Assembly: GCA_963819655.1 (NCBI GenBank)
Contig: CAWFXA010000002.1
Coordinates: 864,001-928,000, forward strand
DNA length: 64,000 nucleotides
Source: an uncultured Chloroflexia bacterium
Lineage (GTDB): Bacteria; Chloroflexota; Limnocylindria; Limnocylindrales; CSP1-4
Direction: 5' to 3'
The notes beneath the pieces were generated by a model. That model had not been told where the DNA came from. It saw only the letters and a list, made by a program, of their open reading frames with translations, and did no database searches. A program made the position numbers and the translations under genes. Shown one piece after another: positions 19,934 through 29,861 of the stretch. The first letter of the stretch is position 1. Each line of letters starts with the position of its first letter.

Positions 19934-20899
19934 ATGACGACCATCTCCACCGACCGGATCGCGCGCCGCCGAACCATCGTCTTCATCGGCTTGCTGTCGG
20001 TCTGCCTGGTCCTGATGGCCTTCTCCTCGAACCCCCTCATTCGCGAGTTCCAGAACGGCATCGGCTTCGCGTTCCGGCCGATCCAGGGCGTGCTGAACGA
20101 CGTGGCGAGCGGGGTTGCCTCGATCGGAGCGGCCGTCGCGGAGATCGATCGGCTGCGCGTCGACAACGGGACGCTGCGCTCCGACAACGAGCGGTTGCTC
20201 ACCGAGAACACCCGGCTGCAGGAGATCGCCCGCGAGAATGTGCTCCTGACGGACCTGCTCCAGCTGCGGGCGGGATTCGACTACCAGACGGCAGCGGCCA
20301 ACGTCATCTCCCGCGAATCATCGGAGTTCCGCCGCATCATCACGCTCGACAAGGGGACGAACGCCAGCATCAGCGTCGGCGACGTCGTCGTGGCGGGCGG
20401 TGGGGCCCTTGCCGGTCGAGTCATCGAGGTGGGCCCCGACAGCGCGACGGTCGTCCTCCTGACGGACGGCACCTCGACGGTCATCGGTCAGCTTGTCTCG
20501 ACTGCCGCCAGGGGCCAGGTGGTCGGCCAGCTCGGCGGCGTCCTGGTCATGGAACAGATCGACTCGAGCGACGAGGTCGCCCTCGGCGACGAGGTCGTCA
20601 GCGCCGGGATCGAGCTCGGGGGCGGTGTCCGGTCGCCCTATCCGAAGGGCCTGCTCATCGGGCAGGTCGTCGATATCCGGCGAGACGCGAATGCCGTCGT
20701 CCAGACCGCCTACCTGCAGCCGGCGGCTGATTTCGAGAAGCTCGAGTTCGTTTTGGTGATCCTCGACTACGAGGGGGGCCTGCCGCCGCTCTCGGAACAG
20801 CCGATCGACTGCACCGATCCGGACGGCGGCGGGACGCTGCCCGAGGGCGAGCAGCCGTGCATCCCGGCGACGCCACGGCCGAGCGCGAGCCCGCGCTGA
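19934..20899 (+). CDS. mreC: rod shape-determining protein MreC
   Basis: N-terminal TM, coiled coil, ITLDKG, GDEVVSAG...YPKGLLIGQV; follows mreB. Confidence 0.93.
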   Translation: MTTISTDRIARRRTIVFIGLLSVCLVLMAFSSNPLIREFQNGIGFAFRPIQGVLNDVASGVASIGAAVAEIDRLRVDNGTLRSDNERLLTENTRLQEIARENVLLTDLLQLRAGFDYQTAAANVISRESSEFRRIITLDKGTNASISVGDVVVAGGGALAGRVIEVGPDSATVVLLTDGTSTVIGQLVSTAARGQVVGQLGGVLVMEQIDSSDEVALGDEVVSAGIELGGGVRSPYPKGLLIGQVVDIRRDANAVVQTAYLQPAADFEKLEFVLVILDYEGGLPPLSEQPIDCTDPDGGGTLPEGEQPCIPATPRPSASPR

Positions 20900-20920
20900 T
20901 CGAGGCCGCGGGCGCCTGCC

Positions 20921-20964
20921 GCCACGAGCCAGGCGCGACGAGCCGAGGCGCCACGAGCCAAGGC
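20921..20964. repeat. three imperfect 14-15 bp tandem repeats
   Basis: GCCACGAGCCAGGC / GCGACGAGCCGAGGC / GCCACGAGCCAAGGC. Confidence 0.6.
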
Positions 20965-21000
20965 GCTGCGCCGAACCGATCGAATCACCGCTGAGCGGTG

Positions 21001-21264
21001 CTATCGACCACTGAGCGACCCGCGACGTCCCCAGATCGCCCCGAGGCGAGCGTTACTGCGCATCAGCTGTTCGAGCCGCACGTCGCGCAGCAGCCCGCGC
21101 TCGAATCTCTCGACCTGGCTCGGGGAGATGCCGACCGCGCGGCCCACGTCGCCCCGACTCAGCCCGCTCGCGATCCTGGCACCGCGGAACTCGCGCCGCG
21201 TCAGTTCCGCCATCGTCCTCGCGAGGACCACGGCACGCTCGATCCGCCGCATCCGAGCCGTCAT
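21001..21264 (-). CDS. XRE-family HTH protein (short, possibly truncated)
   Basis: FRGARIASGLSRGDVGRAVGISPSQVERFERG, a Cro/C1-type HTH. Confidence 0.6.
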   Translation of the reverse strand: MTARMRRIERAVVLARTMAELTRREFRGARIASGLSRGDVGRAVGISPSQVERFERGLLRDVRLEQLMRSNARLGAIWGRRGSLSGR

Positions 21265-21328
21265 CGGGCCACCATGACGGTTGCGGCTTACCCCGCGATC
21301 ACCCCATGCGCTGCTACCCTTCGGCGCC

Positions 21329-22090
21329 ATGAAGGGCATCGTGCTGGCCGGTGGGACGGCGACCCGGCTCTTCCCGCTGACCATCGTCACGAACAAGCAT
21401 CTGTTGCCGATCTACGACCGGCCGATGATCTATTACCCGATCGAGACGCTGGCCGGGATGGGCATCCGCGAGGTGATGGTCGTCGTCGGCGGCAAGAGTG
21501 TCGGCGATGTCGTCGAGCTGTTGGGCGACGGCTCCCACTTCGGGCTCGACCTGACGTATCGGTATCAGGCGGGGGCATACGGGATCGCCCAGGCGATCGG
21601 CCTTGCCCGCGATTTCGTCGGCGCGGATGCGTTCTGCTGCGTCCTCGGGGACAACATCCTGCGCGGGCCGGTCCTCGCCGGCATCGCGTCCGAGTTCGAG
21701 GCGAGCGACCACGGCGCCGGGACGCTGCTCTATCGCGTGTCGGATCCGCAGCGGTTCGGTGTCGCGGAGCTGGATGCAGAAGGCACGGTCGTCGGCTTCG
21801 AGGAGAAGCCACAACACCCGAAGAGCGACCTGATCCCGATCGGCGTGTACTTCCTCCGACCCGACGCCTTCGGCGTCATCGACCGGCTGGCGCCGTCCGG
21901 TCGCGGCGAGTTCGAGATCACCGACGTGCTCAATCACTACATCCCCGACGGCCGCCTGTTCACGCGCATCTACGACGGCCACTGGACCGACGCCGGCACC
22001 GTCCCGTCGTTGCTGCGGGCCGCCGAGCTTGCGCGCGACGACGACGCGGCAGGCCGACTGGCGCCGCCGATCGAGCGCCCGCTGGCGTGA
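21329..22090 (+). CDS. rmlA: glucose-1-phosphate thymidylyltransferase (short form)
   Basis: MKGIVLAGGTATRLFPLT...KHLLPIYDRPMIYYP, LGDN, PSGRGEFEITD, WTDAGT. Confidence 0.93.
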   Translation: MKGIVLAGGTATRLFPLTIVTNKHLLPIYDRPMIYYPIETLAGMGIREVMVVVGGKSVGDVVELLGDGSHFGLDLTYRYQAGAYGIAQAIGLARDFVGADAFCCVLGDNILRGPVLAGIASEFEASDHGAGTLLYRVSDPQRFGVAELDAEGTVVGFEEKPQHPKSDLIPIGVYFLRPDAFGVIDRLAPSGRGEFEITDVLNHYIPDGRLFTRIYDGHWTDAGTVPSLLRAAELARDDDAAGRLAPPIERPLA

Positions 22091-23175
22091 CCGATCCTGG
22101 CGCGAGCGACCCTGGCTTGACCGATCCTGCCGGGCCGCCTGAGCCGCGCCGCCTGCTGGTCACCGGCGGCGCCGGCTTCATCGGCTCGTGCTACGTCCGC
22201 GACCTCCTGGGCCGGCGCGACGGCACGCAGATCACGGTGCTCGACATCCTGACCTACGCCGGCAACGAGGCGAACCTCGCGCCGGTCCGCGCCGATCCGG
22301 AGCAGGGCGGGCGCCTTCGCTTCGTCAGGGGCGACATCGCCGATCCCGCGGTCGTCGAGGAGCTCGTCGCGGAGGCCGACGCCGTCGTCAACTTCGCCGC
22401 CGAGTCCCACGTCGACCGGTCGATCCTCGACCCCGAAGCATTCCTGCGGACAGGCGTCATCGGCGTCCACGTTCTGCTCGAGGCGTGTCGCACCGCCGCC
22501 CATCGACCGCGCTTCCTGCAGGTCTCGACCGACGAGGTCTACGGCTCCGTCGAGGCTGGAGCCTCGCGCGAGGACGATGCCCTCGCGCCGCGCTCGCCGT
22601 ATGCCGCCGCCAAAGCCGCCGGGGAGATGCTCGTCCGGAGCTACGTCGTCACCCACGGGCTGGACGCGGTCGTGACCCGCGGCTCGAACACGTACGGCCC
22701 GTATCACCACCCTGAGAAGCTCATCCCTCTGTTCGTCACGAACGCGATCGACGACCTTCCGCTGCCGCTCTATGGCGACGGTCTCCAGCGGCGCGACTGG
22801 CTGTACGTCGCGGACCACGCCGGCGCGATCGACCACGTGCTGCGTCACGGGACTGCCGGCGAGACGTACAACGTCCCAGGCGGCGTCGAGATGGCGAATC
22901 GGGACACCGTCCGGCTGCTGCTCGAGCGGCTTGGCAAGCCGTGGTCCCTGGTCCGCCACGTCGAGGACCGCCCGGGTCACGACCGGCGCTATGCGATGGA
23001 CGGCGCCAAGATCGCGGCGCTCGGCTGGCGACCGCGGACGTCGTTCGAGGAGGGGCTCGCGGCAACGGTCGAGTGGTTCATCGCGAACGAACCCTGGTGG
23101 CGAGCAGCCCGGTCGGGCGATTGGGACGCCTATTACGAGCGCCAGTACGGATCGCGCCTGCGGTCCGCCGGCTGA
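22087..23175 (+). CDS. rmlB: dTDP-glucose 4,6-dehydratase
   Basis: LVTGGAGFIGS, NFAAESHVDRSI, STDEVYG, YAAAK, DRPGHDRRYA. Confidence 0.95.
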   Translation: MTDPGASDPGLTDPAGPPEPRRLLVTGGAGFIGSCYVRDLLGRRDGTQITVLDILTYAGNEANLAPVRADPEQGGRLRFVRGDIADPAVVEELVAEADAVVNFAAESHVDRSILDPEAFLRTGVIGVHVLLEACRTAAHRPRFLQVSTDEVYGSVEAGASREDDALAPRSPYAAAKAAGEMLVRSYVVTHGLDAVVTRGSNTYGPYHHPEKLIPLFVTNAIDDLPLPLYGDGLQRRDWLYVADHAGAIDHVLRHGTAGETYNVPGGVEMANRDTVRLLLERLGKPWSLVRHVEDRPGHDRRYAMDGAKIAALGWRPRTSFEEGLAATVEWFIANEPWWRAARSGDWDAYYERQYGSRLRSAG

Positions 23176-24096
23176 TGCGGGTCGCCGTCACAGGAGCGAA
23201 CGGGCGGTTGGGACGCGCGCTGGTCGGCGCGCTGGGTGATGCCCCATTCACGGGCCCGGCCGGCCCGATCGCCTGGACGCGCACGGACTTCGACCTCGAT
23301 GTGCCGGCGACGATCGGCGAACTCCTCGATCGCGACCGGCCCGAGGTGGTCGTCAACGCCGCGGCGTGGACCGACGTCGACGCCTGCGCGCGCGATCCTG
23401 ACCTCGCGCTGCGCCGGAACGGTGATGCCGTCCGCGTCCTCGCCGAGGCGACCGCATCGCGCGGCGATCGACCTCGTCCAGATCAGCACGAACGAGGTGT
23501 TCGACGGGCGGCGTGCACATGACCGCGGCTATCGACCGGACGACCTTGCGTCGCCGGCCAATCCGTACGGCGCGTCCAAGCTCGCCGGGGAGGCGGCGGC
23601 GGCGGCGGCCTACCGGGATGGTGATGCGAACCTCGCGATCGTCCGGACGTCGTGGCTGTTCGGCCCGCCCGGCAGCGATTTCCCGACGAAGATCCTCGCG
23701 GCCGCGGCCGCGTCCGCGGCTGCGGCGAGTGCGGAGCGGCAGCCGCTGAAGGTCGTCGCCGACGAGTTCGGGTCACCCACCTTCACCCACGACCTGGCCG
23801 AGGCGGTCGCTGCGATGCTCGGCGCGGACATCCACCGGGGCGTTCGGCACATCGTCAACGCTGGGATCGCATCCCGCGCCGACTGGGCCAGCGAGCTCTT
23901 CCGTCAGGCTGGCGTCGACGGCACGATCGAGGCCGTGTCGATGTCGGACTGGACGCGCGCCTCGACCCCACCGGCGTGGGGAGTGCTCGAACCGACGGAG
24001 ATCCCCGGCGTCGAACCCCTTCGGCCGTGGCAGCAGGCCCTGGCCGACTACCTTCCGCTGCTCCGGCGCCAGCGCACGGCCGCGGCCGCCGGATGA
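23175..24096 (+). pseudogene. rmlD: dTDP-4-dehydrorhamnose reductase, one frameshift near 23466 (probably sequencing error)
   Basis: VTGANGRLG and NAAAWTDVD in one frame; ISTNEVFDG, YGASK, DEFGSPT in the next. Confidence 0.85.
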
Positions 24097-24686
24097 ACGC
24101 CGACGCGGAGGCCTCCGCGATACCGGGCGTCAGGTACGGCACGGTCCAGCGTTTCGCCGACGAGCGCGGTTCCTTTCGTGAGATCTGGCGCGAGAGTGCC
24201 GTCGACCCGATCGCGACCGGGGACGCAGGCGCCATGGCGGGGTCGCGGCCACGCTTCGTCCAGGCGAACCTGTCGACGTCGTCGGCCGGGGTCCTGCGTG
24301 GCCTGCATCTCCACCGACGTCAGCTCGATCGCTGGATCGTCGCGACCGGTCTGGCGTTCGTCGCGCTCGTCGACGTGCGCCCGATGCTGGCTGGCGGTCA
24401 ACGGCCGGCGGTCGAGACGCGCCAGCTTCGCGAGGACGGCTGGGTCGAGATCCCGGTGGGGGTCGCCCATGGGTTCCTCGCCCTCGAGCCGCTCGACCTC
24501 GTGTATCTCGTGACGACCGAGTACGACGGGAGCGACGAGCACGGGTTCGCCTGGGACGACCCGCTCGCGGCCGTCCCGTGGCCCGACGTGTCGGGCGCGC
24601 CGGATGGACGGCCGATCCTGTCCGAGCGCGACCGCACGAATCCCTCGCTGGAAGCGCTGGTCGCTCGGCTCCGTACCACGGCCTGA
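24093..24686 (+). CDS. rmlC: dTDP-4-dehydrorhamnose 3,5-epimerase
   Basis: DERGSF, FVQANLS, GVLRGLH, IPVGVAHGF, WDDP, LSERD. Confidence 0.93.
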   Translation: MNADAEASAIPGVRYGTVQRFADERGSFREIWRESAVDPIATGDAGAMAGSRPRFVQANLSTSSAGVLRGLHLHRRQLDRWIVATGLAFVALVDVRPMLAGGQRPAVETRQLREDGWVEIPVGVAHGFLALEPLDLVYLVTTEYDGSDEHGFAWDDPLAAVPWPDVSGAPDGRPILSERDRTNPSLEALVARLRTTA

Positions 24687-24841
24687 CCCACTCGACTCCC
24701 GCGTACCGCACCGGTGGATACCAAAGGGCTCCGCGCTGCCCTCTGATGTGGCTAGCACGGTCGGGACCATCCTGCGATTGAGCGGCCTCCTCGCCTTCGG
24801 GAGGCTTGACGGGTTCCTCCACCCCCAGTCGACGGAGCCCC

Positions 24842-27154
24842 GTGCACCGACCTCTCGCCGTCCTGCTGCTCGCCGTGACCGCGGTCGCCGGCACACTTGC
24901 CAGCGCCACGCCTGTCCGCGCGGCCGCTGCGCTGAGCCCCGCAAAGGTCGTCATCGTCGTCGGCGCCACGCATGGCGCGACCGCGAGCTATAGGAGGTCC
25001 GCCGACGCGGCCTACGCCGAGGCGATCAGGCATACGCCGAATGTCGTGAAGGTCTACAGCCCCAATGCCACGTGGTCGAGGGTGAAGGCTGCGGCTGTCG
25101 GCGCGTCGGTGCTGATCTACTTCGGCCATGGCAACGGCTGGCCCAGCCCGTACACCTACGACCCGAACTACACGACGAAGGACGGTTTCGGGCTCAACTA
25201 CGACACGAACCGCAACGGCAAGCTGTCCGACTACGAGAACCGCTATTACGGCGAGCCGTACGTCAAGACCCTCGACCTCGCACCGAACGCGATCGTCCTG
25301 CTCCATCACCTGTGCTACGCGTCGGGCAACTCTGAGCCAGGCCACGCGAACCCGACGATGACGGTGGCCCGCCAGCGCATCAGCAACTACGCGGCGGGCT
25401 TCCTGCAGTCACGCGCCCAGGCGGTGCTCGCGGACGGCCACCGGGGACCGGTCGACTATCTCCGCGCGCTGTTCACGACCGACCAGACGATCGAGGCACT
25501 GTGGCGTACGGCACCGAGTGCCAATGGCCACGTCAGTGCCTTCACGTCGACACGCACCAGCGGCGTCCGGGCGCTGATGGACCCGGAGGGCACGTCGAGC
25601 GGCTTCTATCGCTCGCTCGTGACCGACCCGACACTGACCACGACGATGGTCACCGGCGTCGTCGACACGGGACGTCATCCGACGTCGCTCCTCGTGCCGG
25701 GCCACGCCGCCGTCGTGACCGAAGGCGCCGCCCTCTACCCGGACGTCACCGCCGCCTCGACTGGGACGCCGCCCGGGGCGACGCTTCCTTCCGGCACGAG
25801 GCTGCGGCTCGTGGCGCGCCCGAGCGCGACGGCGTTGGACGGTGCCGCTTTGTACGAGGTCGTCGGGCTCGACGACCCCGAGATCCACGGTGTCATGCGC
25901 GGCCCCGACCTCGCTCCCCGCGACAGCGCGTCTCCGCGCGTCGTCGCGGTCGATCCCGCGAGCCCGCTCGTGTCGCCGAACGACGACGGACTTGCCGACA
26001 CCGTGGGCGTGACTGCGAGCCTGTCCGAGTCGGCGGCGTGGCAGATCCGCGTCCTGGACGGCGATGGGACGACACTCCATGCGACGACCGGCGACGGCGC
26101 GCATCTTGCGGCGACGTGGGACGGCCGCACCGCCGGGGGCGCCCCGGTGCCGGACGGGATCTACGCATATCGGATCGACGCCACGGACGCCTGGACGAAC
26201 AGCGGCTCGAAGACCGGCTCGATCCGGGTGGATACGACAGCCCCAGGGCTCGAGACCACGTCACCCGCCGAGGACAGCCTCACCTGGTTCTCCCCGAACG
26301 GCGACGGCTATCGCGATACCGCCGGTCTGACCGCGTCGACGACCGAGGGCGGCGCGATCCTCGTCCACGTGCGTGACGAGGGTGGCGCCGTCGTCCGCTA
26401 CTTCAGCGTGCCGGCCGGGGCGGCGTCGGTCGCCGTCGCATGGGACGGCAAGGGCAACGACGGACGGGTCGTCGCCGACGGTCGATACGACGTCCGGTTG
26501 ACGCCGCGCGATGCCGCCGGCAACACGGGCGTCGGCGTGACGCGGTCGTTCGGGGTCGCGGCCCTGCTCGGCTTCGTTGCGACCTCGAAGACCCTGTTCT
26601 ACCCGCAGGATCTCGACAACCTCGCGACGGGCACGCGCCTGTCGTTCACCCTGATCCGGCCGGCGAACGTCACCTGGACGATCCGCGACGCCGCCGGCGC
26701 GGTCGTCGCGACGCTCGCCGATGGCGAGGCCATGGCGGCCGGCGCGGTCAGTCGGACCTTCTACGGCAAGCGTCTCGACGGATCGATGTTGCCGACCGGT
26801 CGCTACACGTCGTACGTCAACGCGACCGACGGGACGATCTCGTGGAGCCAGGTCATCGCGTTCGAGATGTCGGCGTTCAGCATCCGGCCGTCGGCCACCT
26901 CGGCCACACGTGGGCGGGCCGTCACGGTCACGGCCGTCTCCGCCGAGACGCTGTCATCGACACCAAGGCTCTACGTCACCCAACCGGGCAAGCCGCTGTG
27001 GTCTGTGGCCATGACGAAGGTGAGCGGGCTGACCTACCGTGCGACGGTCACGATGAAGACCGGCGGCTCGGCCGGCACCGTCACCTTCAAGGTCGTCGCG
27101 TACGACAGTGGCGAGCGCGCCCAGCGCTCCAGCGCGTCGATCCCGCTGCACTAG
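24842..27154 (+). CDS. secreted protein: putative His-Cys peptidase-like domain, SH3-like segment and FlgD Ig repeats
   Basis: Signal peptide; YFGHG...LCYASG; repeats SPNxDG / WDG..DG.Y. Confidence 0.75.
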   Translation: MHRPLAVLLLAVTAVAGTLASATPVRAAAALSPAKVVIVVGATHGATASYRRSADAAYAEAIRHTPNVVKVYSPNATWSRVKAAAVGASVLIYFGHGNGWPSPYTYDPNYTTKDGFGLNYDTNRNGKLSDYENRYYGEPYVKTLDLAPNAIVLLHHLCYASGNSEPGHANPTMTVARQRISNYAAGFLQSRAQAVLADGHRGPVDYLRALFTTDQTIEALWRTAPSANGHVSAFTSTRTSGVRALMDPEGTSSGFYRSLVTDPTLTTTMVTGVVDTGRHPTSLLVPGHAAVVTEGAALYPDVTAASTGTPPGATLPSGTRLRLVARPSATALDGAALYEVVGLDDPEIHGVMRGPDLAPRDSASPRVVAVDPASPLVSPNDDGLADTVGVTASLSESAAWQIRVLDGDGTTLHATTGDGAHLAATWDGRTAGGAPVPDGIYAYRIDATDAWTNSGSKTGSIRVDTTAPGLETTSPAEDSLTWFSPNGDGYRDTAGLTASTTEGGAILVHVRDEGGAVVRYFSVPAGAASVAVAWDGKGNDGRVVADGRYDVRLTPRDAAGNTGVGVTRSFGVAALLGFVATSKTLFYPQDLDNLATGTRLSFTLIRPANVTWTIRDAAGAVVATLADGEAMAAGAVSRTFYGKRLDGSMLPTGRYTSYVNATDGTISWSQVIAFEMSAFSIRPSATSATRGRAVTVTAVSAETLSSTPRLYVTQPGKPLWSVAMTKVSGLTYRATVTMKTGGSAGTVTFKVVAYDSGERAQRSSASIPLH

Positions 27155-27285
27155 CCGGAAGCCCGCGGGGACCCCTCCGCAGGCCACCGGACCACTCCGT
27201 ACCGGTCCCGACCGGGACCTTCGGCGCCTTGCTCCGGAGGTGTCGAGCGGCGTACCGTCAGCGGTCCGAACTGCCGAGGTGCGCC

Positions 27286-29832
27286 GTGCCCGTGACCCCC
27301 AGCCGACCGCCCGCTTCCTCGCGCCGGATCGGCCTTCGCGCGATCGGTCTGGCTGCCCTCCTCGTGGCCCAGACGACGATCGCTGCTGCCGCGTCGGCGC
27401 CCCGTCCGGCGACCGCAGCGGGAGTCGCCGGGGGCCTGGAGCCGTCCATCCACTGGGAGCAGGCACGGGCGCACGAGAACGACCGGATCTCCTTCACGCC
27501 TGGCGCACGGGTGACGGTCGGGTTCACGCCGCGCTCGACGGATCGCTGGACCGTCGGCGGCGTGGCCCCGCAGCGTCTTCCCGCCGGGCGGCTGGATGGG
27601 AAGGCCATGCGCCAGCAAGGCACCGCGAAGTCGCCGGTCGCTCCCGCGTCGTCCGCGCCCGCCTCGTCCGCCGAGACGATGGCCGAGCCCGCGACCCCGG
27701 ATCCCCCGGTGGATCCGGCGGTCGACCAGCCGATCGTCGACCCCGGCGTCGTCGTCGACGCAGCTCCGGCCTCGTGGTCGTCGCCGACCGATCCAGGCGA
27801 TATCGCGCCGCAGGCCAGAGTCGACCCGGGCGCCCTCCGGCGCGAGGTCTTCGGGTTCCTGCCGTACTGGCAGGTGAACTCGAGTACGTTGCGTATCCAG
27901 TACGACAAGATCTCGACGATCGCGTATTTCGGGGTCGGCGCTGACGCGGCCGGCAACCTGCAGAAGCGCAACAGCAATGGCACGACGACGACCGGCTGGA
28001 GCGGTTGGACCAGCGCGAGGATGACGTCGATCATCAACGACGCCCATTCGACCGGGACGCGCGTCGTGCTGACGGTCCAGAGCTTCGCCTGGAACTCGAC
28101 CGGGAAAGCGCGCCAGAAGGCCCTGCTCGGCAGCTGGAGCGCCCGCCAGAACCTGGCCCGCCAGATCGCGGCGGCGGTGCGCGACCGTGGCGCCGACGGC
28201 GTCAACCTCGACTTCGAGCCGCTCGTCGCCGGCGCCGAGGGTCAGTTCACCGCTCTGGTCCGCACGATCCGGACCGAGCTGAACAAGGTCCGCAAGGGCT
28301 ACCAGATCACGTTCGACACGACCGGTTTCATCGGCAACTACCCGATCGAGAACGCCACCGCCCCGGGTGGCGCCGACGCCATCTTCATCATGGGCTATGA
28401 CTACCGGGGCTCCACGAGCAGCCCCGTCGGGAGCCTGGCGCCGCTGTCGCGGTCGGGCTACGACATCCGCGACACCGTGGCGGCGTACGCCGCCCGGGTG
28501 CCGGCGTCGAAGCTGATCCTCGGCGTGCCGTACTACGGGCGTGCCTGGTCGACCGACACGGACCAGGTCCATGCGCGGAATATCAGCGGCGCGAAGTACG
28601 GCGCCTCGACGACCGTGGTGTACACGAGCGCGTTGCCGTTCTTCACCCAGTACGGCAAGCGCTACGACACCACCGAACAGGTCGCCTGGACGGCCTACCA
28701 CCGCGAGAACTGCACGGGGACGTACGGCTGCGTCAACCCGTGGCGCCAGCTCTACATCGACGACGCCAGGGCCCTTGGGGCCAAGTACGACCTGGTCAAC
28801 AGGTACAACCTGCGGGGCGCGGGGATCTGGGCGCTCGGCTACGACGGGACCCGCACCGAGCTGTGGGGCGCGATCCAGTCCAAGTTCATCACCGACTCGG
28901 TGCCGCCGGCGCTGTCGGGCGGCTCGATCTCGGCCGCGAGATTCTCGCCGAACGGAGACGGCGCGATCGATTCGACCACGATCCGCATGTCCGCCACGGG
29001 CCACGTCAGGTGGGGATACCGCGTCCAGGCCGTGGTCGGCGCGTCACTTGGTCCGAACCTCCGGAGCGGCACGGTCGCGAACAAGACGCTGGCGTTCACC
29101 TGGAACGGCATGGATTCCTCGCCCGCCATCGTGGCGGACGGAGCGTATCGCGTGACGCTGTGGGCGGAGGACGCCTCCGCGAACCGCTCTGAGCGGCCGT
29201 TCACCGTCTTCGTCGACAACCGCGCGTCCACGATCGCGACCAGAGCATCGCGCGGCTTCCTGAGCCCCGACGGCGACGGCCAGTCCGATTCGCTGCCGTT
29301 GGCGTGGACGTCGAGCGAGGCGGTCGCCGGTGCCGTCCGGGTCAGGGACAAGGACGGGCGCGTCCAGCGTGCCTGGTCGTTCACGTCCCGCTTGTCCTGG
29401 AGCGGCACCTGGGATGGCCGCGGACGCGACGGGCTTGCCGTCAAGGACGGCCGCTACACCTACCAGGTCGAGGGCAGCGATCGTGCCGGCAACCCGACCG
29501 TCGCAAACCACACGATCCTCGTCGATCGGACGATCCGCTCGGTGCGCTGGACGGATGGTTCGTTCGACCCGCGCGCCGGCCAGCGCAGCCAGGTCCGCGT
29601 CGACCTGCGGCGCGCGGCTGTCGTGTCGGTCCGGATCTACCGCGGCACCTCGCTCGTTCGGACGGTCTGGACCGATCGCTCGTTCGGGGCCGGAGTCCAT
29701 GCCTGGAACTGGGATGGGCGGTCGTCCGCCGGCACGTACGTCGCACCTGGGACGTACAAGATCGTCGTCTGGGCACGAAGCTGGGTCGGCACGACGTGGT
29801 CCACCGGGACCGTCGTCGTCCAGAGCCACTGA
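27286..29832 (+). CDS. secreted GH18 glycoside hydrolase with C-terminal FlgD Ig repeats
   Basis: Signal peptide; FGFLPYW, DGVNLDFE, IMGYDY, LGVPYYG, GAGIWALGYD; three FlgD-type repeats. Confidence 0.88.
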   Translation: MPVTPSRPPASSRRIGLRAIGLAALLVAQTTIAAAASAPRPATAAGVAGGLEPSIHWEQARAHENDRISFTPGARVTVGFTPRSTDRWTVGGVAPQRLPAGRLDGKAMRQQGTAKSPVAPASSAPASSAETMAEPATPDPPVDPAVDQPIVDPGVVVDAAPASWSSPTDPGDIAPQARVDPGALRREVFGFLPYWQVNSSTLRIQYDKISTIAYFGVGADAAGNLQKRNSNGTTTTGWSGWTSARMTSIINDAHSTGTRVVLTVQSFAWNSTGKARQKALLGSWSARQNLARQIAAAVRDRGADGVNLDFEPLVAGAEGQFTALVRTIRTELNKVRKGYQITFDTTGFIGNYPIENATAPGGADAIFIMGYDYRGSTSSPVGSLAPLSRSGYDIRDTVAAYAARVPASKLILGVPYYGRAWSTDTDQVHARNISGAKYGASTTVVYTSALPFFTQYGKRYDTTEQVAWTAYHRENCTGTYGCVNPWRQLYIDDARALGAKYDLVNRYNLRGAGIWALGYDGTRTELWGAIQSKFITDSVPPALSGGSISAARFSPNGDGAIDSTTIRMSATGHVRWGYRVQAVVGASLGPNLRSGTVANKTLAFTWNGMDSSPAIVADGAYRVTLWAEDASANRSERPFTVFVDNRASTIATRASRGFLSPDGDGQSDSLPLAWTSSEAVAGAVRVRDKDGRVQRAWSFTSRLSWSGTWDGRGRDGLAVKDGRYTYQVEGSDRAGNPTVANHTILVDRTIRSVRWTDGSFDPRAGQRSQVRVDLRRAAVVSVRIYRGTSLVRTVWTDRSFGAGVHAWNWDGRSSAGTYVAPGTYKIVVWARSWVGTTWSTGTVVVQSH

Positions 29833-29861
29833 CCGCCAAGAGCGCCAGTACACTGCCGGCC

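Noticed and set aside
20998-22086. Long N-terminal extension of rmlB in the ORF track
   Set aside because: Overlaps rmlA out of frame; real start is at the GTGA junction 22087
24687-24841. Possible riboswitch upstream of the FlgD protein
   Set aside because: Only a small GCCTCC/GGAGGC hairpin; no recognisable aptamer consensus
26440-27285. N-terminal extension of the GH18 ORF (1130 aa)
   Set aside because: Arg-rich shadow frame of the upstream gene; the signal peptide starts near 27286
27155-27285. Possible c-di-AMP (ydaO) riboswitch, from GCGGGGACCC
   Set aside because: Other conserved elements such as GGGGUGAAUC are absent and the region is short
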